A stretch of 64,000 nucleotides of DNA from NCBI GenBank assembly GCA_018648605.1, contig JABGQU010000001.1, positions 3,390 through 67,389 on the forward strand, written 5' to 3'. Position 1 is the stretch's first letter. Every line of letters starts with the position of its first letter. The notes under the pieces were generated by a model, which was not told the DNA's origin, searched no databases, and saw only the letters and a program-made list of their open reading frames with translations. Source of the stretch: Anaerolineae bacterium. Its GTDB lineage: Bacteria; Chloroflexota; Anaerolineae; Anaerolineales; Villigracilaceae. Positions 52,283 through 64,000 of this stretch are shown piece after piece. Position numbers and translations under genes: made by a program.

Positions 52283-53413
52283 TTAAATCGGGCGCAAGAC
52301 CCGGTCCATTCGCAATTGTTTGAAGAAAAGCGTTTTAGTTGGAGTAAGTATCTCATCAGCAGAAGTCTGCCACGCTTGAACACCCAAGGATTGCGGGGTT
52401 CGTTTTTCATAACCAAGTGTTTTCCAAATGGCTTCTTGTGAGGCTAGTTCCTGATTCAAGAAAAGTAACGAGGCTTCGCTCTGCAGGGCTTTGGATGCTG
52501 TTTCGATTTCTTCAACCAAGGTTTTGAGTGCCTCTTCCAGAGAGAGCGCAGGGGCAATATAGAGATCAAGCGTTCTGGTTACAAGATTCTCAACCTGCCA
52601 GCCTGCCAAGCCAACCATCTTTTCGTCTAGCTGGAGAATGAAAAAGGCTTTTTCGCCAAAAGCTGCCATCACGTCGTTTGAGGACATCTCTGTTTTACCG
52701 AGACGTGTCATCAATGCTGCAATGGCTTCTGAATCACGCGGGCGTCCACGTTGGACGGCGAAATTTCCGCTTGTGGCTTCGCGGATGATCGCTGGGGTAG
52801 CATCTTCTTCTTTGTGGGTTATTTTCTGCCAGCCAGCGACAACTTGTTTCCAAAGGTCTTCGAAAGAGCCGGTGTTGTCAATGACAATATTTGCGTTATC
52901 AATTTTGATTTGCTGTGAGTTTTGTGTCTGAATACGTTGAAGGGCTTCTGCTTCGCTCAAACCACGCTTTTTCATCAAGCGGGTCAGTTGTAATGCGTCT
53001 GGCGTGTCTGTTACCCAGACACTATCGCATTTGGATGCGAGGTTTCCTTCAAGAAGCTTGATCGCCTCGATAACTACCACGTCTTGGCTTGAGCGCTTGA
53101 CCAGCAGATCAATTGCTTCGCCCACAAAGGGATGAATGATCTCTTCTAATTGTTCTAATGCATCGGGAATGCTAAAAACCAATTGGCCTAATTTTGCGCG
53201 ATCAATCTCTGCATCTGTTGTCAGAATCCATCTGCCAAAAGCGTTGACGATCGGTTGGTAAGCTGGTGCACCCTTTGCGATTGCACGATGCGATAACGCA
53301 TCCGCATCAATGGTATAGGCACCTAAATGCTCGAGCATTTTACGCACGACACTTTTTCCGGTGGCAATATTTCCGGTTAGGCCAATTACATATTTTCCAG
53401 ACCAATGGCTCAC
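52283..53413 (-). CDS. coaE: Dephospho-CoA kinase with an about 170-aa C-terminal GNAT-like extension
   Basis: GTG start with GAGGAG 7 nt upstream. VIGLTGNIATGKS P-loop and DADALSH. The C-terminal half (from about aa 205) resembles an acetyltransferase fold, but only weakly. Confidence 0.85.
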   Translation of the reverse strand: MSHWSGKYVIGLTGNIATGKSVVRKMLEHLGAYTIDADALSHRAIAKGAPAYQPIVNAFGRWILTTDAEIDRAKLGQLVFSIPDALEQLEEIIHPFVGEAIDLLVKRSSQDVVVIEAIKLLEGNLASKCDSVWVTDTPDALQLTRLMKKRGLSEAEALQRIQTQNSQQIKIDNANIVIDNTGSFEDLWKQVVAGWQKITHKEEDATPAIIREATSGNFAVQRGRPRDSEAIAALMTRLGKTEMSSNDVMAAFGEKAFFILQLDEKMVGLAGWQVENLVTRTLDLYIAPALSLEEALKTLVEEIETASKALQSEASLLFLNQELASQEAIWKTLGYEKRTPQSLGVQAWQTSADEILTPTKTLFFKQLRMDRVLRPI

Positions 53414-53578
53414 AGCATCACTCCTCGGCGCAAAAACTTTGAAGACCGCTTTATTTTACACTGTTATAAAGACTTCTGCGAGGATGATTGCGTTTTCTTA
53501 GCAATTTCAATTAAAAAGGGTGAATTACATTAGCTTCCGAGGTGAAAAACTCGACTACGTGATCGGATTTAATTGTGC

Positions 53579-54592
53579 TTATTGCTCAGGAATGATTGTT
53601 GGAATGTAGGTGACTTCTCCACTATCTATATCAATATAAATATATTCGTTTCCTGTAAAGCTTCCTTTCCAGGATGGGATGAGCCTGTTGACAAAGATTA
53701 TCTTCTCATCAACGATATCTTTAATAATGTAAAAATTGGTATCGTCTGAGATGATCGTTCGTTGCTCACCAGTTTTAATGTTGAGTTGGATTATCAGACG
53801 TGACTGACGATAACCCATATTCAGAAGTAAATGTGCATTATCTTGCCAAATGACATGGGTAATAAAGTCAGGTTCAAATGCAAGATCGATGATGTTCTCT
53901 TTTTTAGATTTTAGATCAACAACAAAAACTTTTTTGGGGTGGACTCCGTCGGCATATGCTAAAAGATTGCTGTCGGGAGAGATTTCAAATTCATAAAATG
54001 ATATTTCCTCGTATGTGTCATTAAGTAGCTTTTCGGAATGTCCAGTATGAACATTGAGTCTTGCCAAACTTGATGTTTCATAATGTCCAAATGTCCTTTC
54101 TCCGAAAGTTATGGGGATATAGTACAGATATTGACTGTCTTTTGACCAGCGAAGGATACCAACACCTAGACATCCCCGCTTATCAAAAACATCACAAGTC
54201 AGCTCCCATACTTTGTTCCCGTCAATTTCTGCGACATGAATTGTATAATCATCAAGAAGAGAAGCAGCAATCCAACTGCGATCAGGAGATATTTTAGTGT
54301 GCGCTGGAATGTACATTGGATTGTAATTAGGGTTTATTAAAAGGTGCTTTGAATTCCAATCATTAAAAATAGCCACTGCTGTTGGGTCTGGTGTTTGGGT
54401 GGGAAATGGATACGCTTGTGTTTTTGGCGTGGGGAAAGGTGTCCGAGTTGGTGTAACAGTGGGCGAAATGAAAGTTGACGTAGGTCGAGCAGTATGCGTT
54501 TGAACAGGCTCAGAGATGCTTGTTGCTTGGTTGCAGCCAGCGACTAAAATTGTTGCTACAAAGATAATTGCGAGTGTTATTTTCTTTATCAT
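53579..54592 (-). CDS. Lipoprotein with a Pro/Thr-rich linker and a beta-propeller-like (TolB/DPP-IV N-terminal-like) domain
   Basis: Lipobox VAGC, PT-rich linker, beta-strand-rich remainder. Visibly more AT-rich than its neighbours. Confidence 0.6.
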   Translation of the reverse strand: MIKKITLAIIFVATILVAGCNQATSISEPVQTHTARPTSTFISPTVTPTRTPFPTPKTQAYPFPTQTPDPTAVAIFNDWNSKHLLINPNYNPMYIPAHTKISPDRSWIAASLLDDYTIHVAEIDGNKVWELTCDVFDKRGCLGVGILRWSKDSQYLYYIPITFGERTFGHYETSSLARLNVHTGHSEKLLNDTYEEISFYEFEISPDSNLLAYADGVHPKKVFVVDLKSKKENIIDLAFEPDFITHVIWQDNAHLLLNMGYRQSRLIIQLNIKTGEQRTIISDDTNFYIIKDIVDEKIIFVNRLIPSWKGSFTGNEYIYIDIDSGEVTYIPTIIPEQ

Positions 54593-54604
54593 TTTGCCCT
54601 CTTG

Positions 54605-54642
54605 TGAAAAAAAGCCCCTCGCTTGTTGCTTGCGAGGGGCTT
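54605..54642 (-). terminator. Intrinsic terminator of eno
   Basis: AAGCCCCTCGC / GCGAGGGGCTT stem, followed on the minus strand by TTTTTTT. Confidence 0.8.
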
Positions 54643-54659
54643 CATCGTTTCTTCAATTT

Positions 54660-55958
<1,299 letters not shown>

Positions 55959-56040
55959 TTAATATAGTTAATGTGTTTTATTTGGTGCAAAGCACCGTAT
56001 AATAGCCGCGTCTAGTATACACCTTTCTGGAGAACTTCCT

Positions 56041-56727
56041 TTGTCTTTTTCTGAAAAAATACACGCTGATCCGCGCGAAAAAGAGAATTTTGCGCTTGAG
56101 ACAACCCCTTTTCGCATTGGGTTGGTGGCAACGCTTACCTGGGCCTTTAAGCTCCTGATGGATTTGAAGATCGAGGGTTTGGAGAATTTGCCAAAGAATG
56201 AAGCCGTGATCGTGGCTGCAAATCATGTAACCAATTTTGATGTTTTTCCAATGCAGATATCGTTACCGCGCCCGATCTTTTATATGGCGAAATCGTCATT
56301 ATTCAAAAATCCGATTGTGGCGCTGGCTTTGCGGAATGTAGGTGCTTTTCCCGTGCATCGCGGTGGGAAGGATGAGTGGGCATTGGATCACGCACGAAAG
56401 GTGCTCGATCACGCCCAGACCTTGGGCATGTTTCCGGAGGGGACGCGTTCGCGCGGCAAGGGGCTTGGTCTCGCCAAAACCGGAACCGCACGTCTTGCTA
56501 TCGAAAAACAGGTTCGTGTTATCCCGATGGCGATCATCGGTAGTGATAAATTCTTCCGTGAATTTCCTAAACGTAATCCCGTGCGTGTGAAGTTATGCCC
56601 GCCGCTTTATCCTGCCTTGGGAGAAGATGCATTGGCTTTCACCGACAGGATCATGTTCTCTTTGGCAGAGAACTTGCCCAAAGAGATGCGCGGTGTTTAT
56701 GCAGATATACCAAAGGGGTTTGAGTAA
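56041..56727 (+). CDS. plsC: 1-acyl-sn-glycerol-3-phosphate acyltransferase
   Basis: NHVTNFD (HX4D) and FPEGTRS motifs. TTG start with GGAGA upstream. TATAAT at about 56008. Confidence 0.85.
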   Translation: MSFSEKIHADPREKENFALETTPFRIGLVATLTWAFKLLMDLKIEGLENLPKNEAVIVAANHVTNFDVFPMQISLPRPIFYMAKSSLFKNPIVALALRNVGAFPVHRGGKDEWALDHARKVLDHAQTLGMFPEGTRSRGKGLGLAKTGTARLAIEKQVRVIPMAIIGSDKFFREFPKRNPVRVKLCPPLYPALGEDALAFTDRIMFSLAENLPKEMRGVYADIPKGFE

Positions 56728-56878
56728 AAATGTAGTAAGGGGCGGTCTTAGACCCGCCCCTGATGTGAACGTTTATGCACTCAAAAATTCAATCAGATAT
56801 ACCAAACCGGCTATCAGACTGATGCATAACACACAAACCATCGCCAGCTTTTTGAAATTATTTTTATTCTCGTCCATA

Positions 56879-58489
56879 TTATTTCTTACTTTTCTCTTTT
56901 GCCGCTTTCAAGAACCCTACAAAAAGCGGATGCGGACGCATTGGGCGCGACAAAAATTCAGGGTGGAATTGGCTGCTGACCATAAAGGGGTGGTCGGCAA
57001 TTTCCGAGATTTCAACCAATTTATTATCAGGGGAGATACCAGAGAAGATCATGCCATTTTTTTCAAACTCTTCACGATATTTATTGTTGAACTCAAAGCG
57101 ATGGCGATGGCGCTCATCGACTTCTTTTTTGCCATAGGATTGGGCGGCTTTTGAACCTTTTGTCAAAACGCAGGGATATAAGCCAAGGCGCATGGTGCCG
57201 CCCATATCACTGATATCGCGTTGGTCGAGCATTAAATCTATGACTGGGTGTTCGGTGTTATGGCTAAATTCGGTTGAATTGGCATCTTCGTAGCCCAAAA
57301 CATTGCGTGCGAACTCGATGCACATGAGTTGCATCCCCAGACATAATCCCAAATAAGGGACTTTATTTTCGCGTGCAAATTGGGCTGCCAGGATCTTGCC
57401 CTCGATACCGCGTTCGCCAAAGCCACCGGGGACGATGACCGCATCGGCAGCCTTGAGTCGCTCCCGTGATTTATCTTTTTCAAGCGTGGAAGAATGTATC
57501 CAGTCGATCTCCACTTCCATGCCGATTGACAATGCAGCATGGCGCAGGGCCTCCCGCACGGACATATACGCATCCTGTAATTCAACATATTTGCCAACCA
57601 GTGCAATTTTGAGCGTTGGTTTTTCGCTCTTTACTTTTTCAACCAATTCCTCCCATGCAGAGAGTTGGGGCGTTTTTGTGGCTTTTAGCCCTAATTTTTC
57701 AACGATGAAATCTGCCACGCCTACTTTTTCCAACATGAGGGGGATTTCATACAATGTGTCCGAGGTTGTCATGGGCACAACTGCGCGTTTCTCTACATCG
57801 CAGAAGAGGGCGATCTTGTCGACCAACTCCTGTTCTACATCGTAATCTGAACGGGCAATGATCATGCTGGGCGAAATACCAATACTGCGTAATTCAGAGA
57901 CGGAATGTTGTGTGGGCTTCGTTTTTAGTTCTTCGGTCGCGCCGATATGGGGTAACCAGGTGACATGCACGAAGAAAAGATTCTCTCTGCCGATCTCGTT
58001 CTTCATCTGTCGCAGGGCCTCCATAAAGGGCTGCGATTCGATATCGCCAACGGTGCCGCCGATCTCGATGAGCATGATCTCGGCTTTTGTAGTTTTGGCT
58101 GCCAACCCAATACGCCGTTTAATCTCGTTGGTAATATGTGGGATAACCTGGATCGTGCCGCCGAGATAGTCGCCGCGCCGCTCTTTTGAGATCACTTCGG
58201 CGTAAACCTGCCCGGATGTGAAGTTGCTGACTTGCGTGAGGGGCGTGTCGATAAAACGTTCGTAATGACCAAGATCAAGATCGGTCTCGGCACCGTCGTT
58301 GAGGACAAAGACTTCACCGTGCTGATATGGAGACATTGTGCCCGGGTCCACGTTGATGTAGGGGTCAAGCTTTTGCACCGAGACGCTAAATCCGCGCTCT
58401 TTCAGAAGCAAGCCCAGGGCTGCGGCTGTGACGCCCTTTCCAACTGAGCTAACAACGCCGCCTGTAAAAAAGATATATTTTGTTGTCAT
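56879..58489 (-). CDS. pyrG: CTP synthase
   Basis: KYIFFTGGVVSSVGKG N-terminus and a GATase domain GLCLGMQ ... HRHRFE. Confidence 0.97.
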   Translation of the reverse strand: MTTKYIFFTGGVVSSVGKGVTAAALGLLLKERGFSVSVQKLDPYINVDPGTMSPYQHGEVFVLNDGAETDLDLGHYERFIDTPLTQVSNFTSGQVYAEVISKERRGDYLGGTIQVIPHITNEIKRRIGLAAKTTKAEIMLIEIGGTVGDIESQPFMEALRQMKNEIGRENLFFVHVTWLPHIGATEELKTKPTQHSVSELRSIGISPSMIIARSDYDVEQELVDKIALFCDVEKRAVVPMTTSDTLYEIPLMLEKVGVADFIVEKLGLKATKTPQLSAWEELVEKVKSEKPTLKIALVGKYVELQDAYMSVREALRHAALSIGMEVEIDWIHSSTLEKDKSRERLKAADAVIVPGGFGERGIEGKILAAQFARENKVPYLGLCLGMQLMCIEFARNVLGYEDANSTEFSHNTEHPVIDLMLDQRDISDMGGTMRLGLYPCVLTKGSKAAQSYGKKEVDERHRHRFEFNNKYREEFEKNGMIFSGISPDNKLVEISEIADHPFMVSSQFHPEFLSRPMRPHPLFVGFLKAAKEKSKK

Positions 58490-58509
58490 GGATAACCTCG
58501 TCTAAATCC

Positions 58510-58552
58510 AAAAAAAGAAGCGGGGAGGTTACCTTTTGGGCATCCTCCCCGC
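58510..58552 (-). terminator. Intrinsic terminator after the roadblock gene, about 20 nt upstream of the pyrG start (possible pyrG leader attenuator)
   Basis: On the minus strand: GCGGGGAGG, a 15-nt loop, CCTCCCCGC, then TTCTTTTTTT. The pyrG SD GAGG follows immediately. Confidence 0.75.
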
Positions 58553-58589
58553 GTGGGGGTTCTATAGGGGTGAGTAGAGATGGGGTGTT

Positions 58590-58964
58590 TCATCCTACTA
58601 GCTTGATCAGCTCTTCGGCTGCGCGTCGCATTTCAAGAAAGATCAAGCCGAGTTTGGCTTTTTGTCGCGCAAGGGCGGTAAGCACCGCTTCTTCGCCGAC
58701 AGCTGTGAGAACGATGAAGCCGTTATCACCTTTGATATAAACCTGATCAAGACCACCGCGCCCAAGTTCTCCGGCGATACGTTCGCCCAGGCTGAGCATG
58801 GCGGCAGACATTGCTGAAACGCGATCTTCCTCGACTTCGACAGGGAGGGCTGAAGCCATGATGAGTCCATCTACCGAGACGACTGCCGAGGCTTCGATAT
58901 CGGGGGCGGCAGCCTGCATTGCGCGTAGACTTTCTACCATTTGTTCGCTTCGAGATTTACTCAT
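58590..58964 (-). CDS. Roadblock/LC7 (MglB-like) domain protein
   Basis: 124 aa. SAVVSVDGLIMAS...AAMLSLGERIA...GFIVLTAVGEEAVL pattern typical of Robl/LC7. Confidence 0.8.
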   Translation of the reverse strand: MSKSRSEQMVESLRAMQAAAPDIEASAVVSVDGLIMASALPVEVEEDRVSAMSAAMLSLGERIAGELGRGGLDQVYIKGDNGFIVLTAVGEEAVLTALARQKAKLGLIFLEMRRAAEELIKLVG

Positions 58965-59153
58965 TCGAGGGGACCTCCGTCGGATTTGTGTTTGATTTAT
59001 TGCGCATTGAGTTTACCATAAAAACACAGGGCTGATGCTGACCGATTAACCTGATTCGGGTTGTTTTCTGTTGTTATTTTGAAGTGTTGCTCGTAAAGTC
59101 GTTCAGCTTTGTGTTAAACTTAGCAGTTGCAAAAGTGATTGGAAATTGAGACT

Positions 59154-59729
59154 ATGACAGAAACTTATCTTATCGTTGGCTTGGGAAATCCCGGGCGCGA
59201 ATACCGCGAAAATCGCCACAATATCGGCTTTCTGCTGATCGATCGTTTGTCGGCGCGTCTAGGTGCGCGTATGACACGCATGCAATCCAAAGCCTTGCTT
59301 GGAACGGTTAACCATGAAGGCGTGAAGATTATCCTCGCGAAGCCGCAAACCTTTATGAACCTTTCCGGTCAGGCTGTGCAGGGATTAACGCGTTTTTACA
59401 AGCTGCCCCTTGAAAATATTATCGTCGCTCACGACGATCTTGATCTGCCCTTTGGGATACTGCGTTTGCGCCCTGGTGGCGGGGCAGGTGGGCAGAAGGG
59501 GATTAAATCCACGATCCAGCATTTGGGGACGCCGGATTTCCCACGCTTGCGGCTGGGCATTGGCCGTCCGCCCGGGCGCATGGATCCGGCTGCCTATGTT
59601 TTGCAGGATTTCGCCAAAGGGGATGAGCAGATCCTTTCAGAGACCCTCGATCGTGGCGTTGATGCAGTGCTGGCTTTCATCGAGGAAGGGTTGGATAAAG
59701 CGATGAATGAATTTAATGGCGTTGCCTAA
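59154..59729 (+). CDS. pth: Peptidyl-tRNA hydrolase
   Basis: LIVGLGNPG..Y..NRHNIGF, DDLDLP and GGAGGQKG motifs. The ATG at 59154 is preferred over the upstream TTG. Confidence 0.95.
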   Translation: MTETYLIVGLGNPGREYRENRHNIGFLLIDRLSARLGARMTRMQSKALLGTVNHEGVKIILAKPQTFMNLSGQAVQGLTRFYKLPLENIIVAHDDLDLPFGILRLRPGGGAGGQKGIKSTIQHLGTPDFPRLRLGIGRPPGRMDPAAYVLQDFAKGDEQILSETLDRGVDAVLAFIEEGLDKAMNEFNGVA

Positions 59730-59735
59730 AAAACA

Positions 59736-63089
<3,354 letters not shown>

Positions 63090-63171
63090 AGCAACTATTT
63101 TGCGCAAAATGCGTTTTAAGTTTTAAGTTCAGTATAATCAATCTTTTTAGGACACCACAAGGAGTGTAAAA

Positions 63172-63375
63172 ATGAAATTAAAAGAAAATATGGGTCAGAC
63201 AGATCGAATCGTTCGCTTGGTTCTTGCTGTAGTTTTTGCTGCGTTGTATTTCACCGGCACCGTTAGCGGAACTTTAGGAATTGTATTGCTCGTTTTGGCA
63301 GTCGTTTTTGCTGTCACCAGCTTTGTTAAATTCTGCCCGCTTTACCTGCCCTTCAAGCTTTCAACCAAAAAATAA
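63172..63375 (+). CDS. DUF2892 (YgaP-like) small membrane protein
   Basis: 67 aa. Two TM segments, DRIVRLVL and C-terminal FCPLY motifs. SD AAGGAG and TATAAT lie upstream. Confidence 0.7.
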   Translation: MKLKENMGQTDRIVRLVLAVVFAALYFTGTVSGTLGIVLLVLAVVFAVTSFVKFCPLYLPFKLSTKK

Positions 63376-63396
63376 GTACGAACAAGATTTTCTAAT

Positions 63397-63432
63397 AAAA
63401 ACTGCTCCTTGAAAAAGGAGCAGTTTTTATTT
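63397..63432. terminator. Bidirectional intrinsic terminator
   Basis: AAAAACTGCTCCTT GAAA AAGGAGCAGTTTTTATTT between convergent genes. Confidence 0.8.
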
Positions 63433-63437
63433 CCGAT

Positions 63438-63836
63438 TTATAGAAACCTTGCCTTGAGTTCTTCTGTCGGGATCATACATTCATCTTTTTTTCCAAACCA
63501 ACCATAGCGATTGCGGGCAACCCAGTCGTAAATATTGTCGCGTAATTTTTTAGGCACAAATCGAAACACCGATAGAAATTTCCATAACCCGCTAAGCTCA
63601 GCGGCTATCGCCATGGCAGCGGAACTTTTGCTCAGGATTTCTCCATCTTTGAATAATAAAATGCTTTCAGGGTTCTCAAAAGAATATCCGTTTCTTTTCA
63701 GCGTAGCTTCGCCAAAAGTTGATTGGGCTGCTGTAAATTTAAAAACCGCCTGGGGGTCACGTTTAATGATAAAGCGCACTGTCCAATTACATAAATTGCA
63801 AACCCCATCGAAGATGATCACATTATTTTCAGTCAT
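63438..63836 (-). CDS. DCC-family thiol-disulfide oxidoreductase (DUF393)
   Basis: VIIFDGVCNLCN motif directly after the ATG at 63836 (GGAGAAAACC SD). The track start 63938 is an unlikely extension. Confidence 0.8.
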   Translation of the reverse strand: MTENNVIIFDGVCNLCNWTVRFIIKRDPQAVFKFTAAQSTFGEATLKRNGYSFENPESILLFKDGEILSKSSAAMAIAAELSGLWKFLSVFRFVPKKLRDNIYDWVARNRYGWFGKKDECMIPTEELKARFL

Positions 63837-63893
63837 TCTTGGTTTTCTCCAGAGATTGTTATAATTTCTATATTCTGATTTACGGAGGCTGGC

Positions 63894-64000
63894 ATGAATT
63901 ATACAATCGACGAAGGATATTTGACGAAAGTGACGCAAGAATTAGTACGCATCAACTCGACCAATCCCTTGCTCTCTCCTGAAGGGAAAGGGGAAGCGGA
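63894..64000 (+). CDS. 3'-truncated ORF, possibly an M20-family peptidase/deacylase N-terminus
   Basis: ATG at 63894 with GGAGG 5 nt upstream. Translation is MNYTIDEGYLTKVTQELVRINSTNPLLSPEGKGEA. The L..LV.I.S.NP pattern is typical of M20 enzymes. Only 35 codons are visible. Confidence 0.4.
   Translation, partial: MNYTIDEGYLTKVTQELVRINSTNPLLSPEGKGEA

Noticed and set aside
56740-56763. A GC-rich hairpin (AAGGGGCGGTCT / AGACCCGCCCCT) after plsC as an intrinsic terminator.
   Set aside because: The stem is imperfect (a bulged G) and no T tract follows on the plus strand. It may still act as a 3' structure but is too weak to call.

Overview
This 64-kb window is densely packed with about 62 protein-coding genes. 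I recognised no rRNA, tRNA, CRISPR array, transposase, integrase or phage gene. The content is core housekeeping and respiration from an aerobic bacterium. The protein flavour (caa3 oxidase set, many lipobox proteins with Pro/Thr-rich linkers, several leaderless-looking genes) suggests a Chloroflexota/Anaerolineae-like organism, but I cannot verify that here.

Main blocks:
1. 1.2-4.7 kb: an uncharacterised redox operon (nitroreductase, radical SAM, FAD oxidoreductase).
2. 4.8-8.0 kb: a NarL-type two-component system plus a PQQ-repeat beta-propeller lipoprotein.
3. 8.2-19.1 kb: a complete haem-copper oxidase island. It holds a tetra-haem cytochrome c lipoprotein, ctaC-ctaD-subunit IV-ctaE, SCO, an unknown protein, SURF1, a compact-CtaA::CtaB fusion, a monohaem cytochrome c and a COX15-type ctaA.
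4. 19.2-21.4 kb: tex.
5. 21.5-27.1 kb: a ylm-like cluster (pgeF, yggS, yggT, DUF167) preceded by a thiol-redox set (ccdA, tlpA, Grx::DUF2085) and a Tat-exported L,D-transpeptidase.
6. 27.1-28.9 kb: a translationally coupled patatin / small TM protein / esterase trio.
7. 29-64 kb: smpB, an ATP-grasp plus C45 peptidase pair, mgtE, an MtaD::CYTH fusion, three tandem modular lipoproteins, typA, a yabE-like/LCP/rsmA operon, der, cdaA-cdaR, a coaE fusion, eno, plsC, pyrG, pth and mfd.

The most unusual signals:
- An apparently perfect 750-bp repeat (period 933 bp) inside the tetra-haem cytochrome gene.
- A 156-bp element with terminal inverted repeats and flanking direct repeats in an oversized convergent spacer.
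- Several unusual domain fusions.
- A recurrent leaderless-promoter geometry.

I found no clear-cut novel multi-gene system such as a defence island. The candidates below are ranked accordingly. All functional calls rest on motif and architecture recognition by eye, not on database searches.
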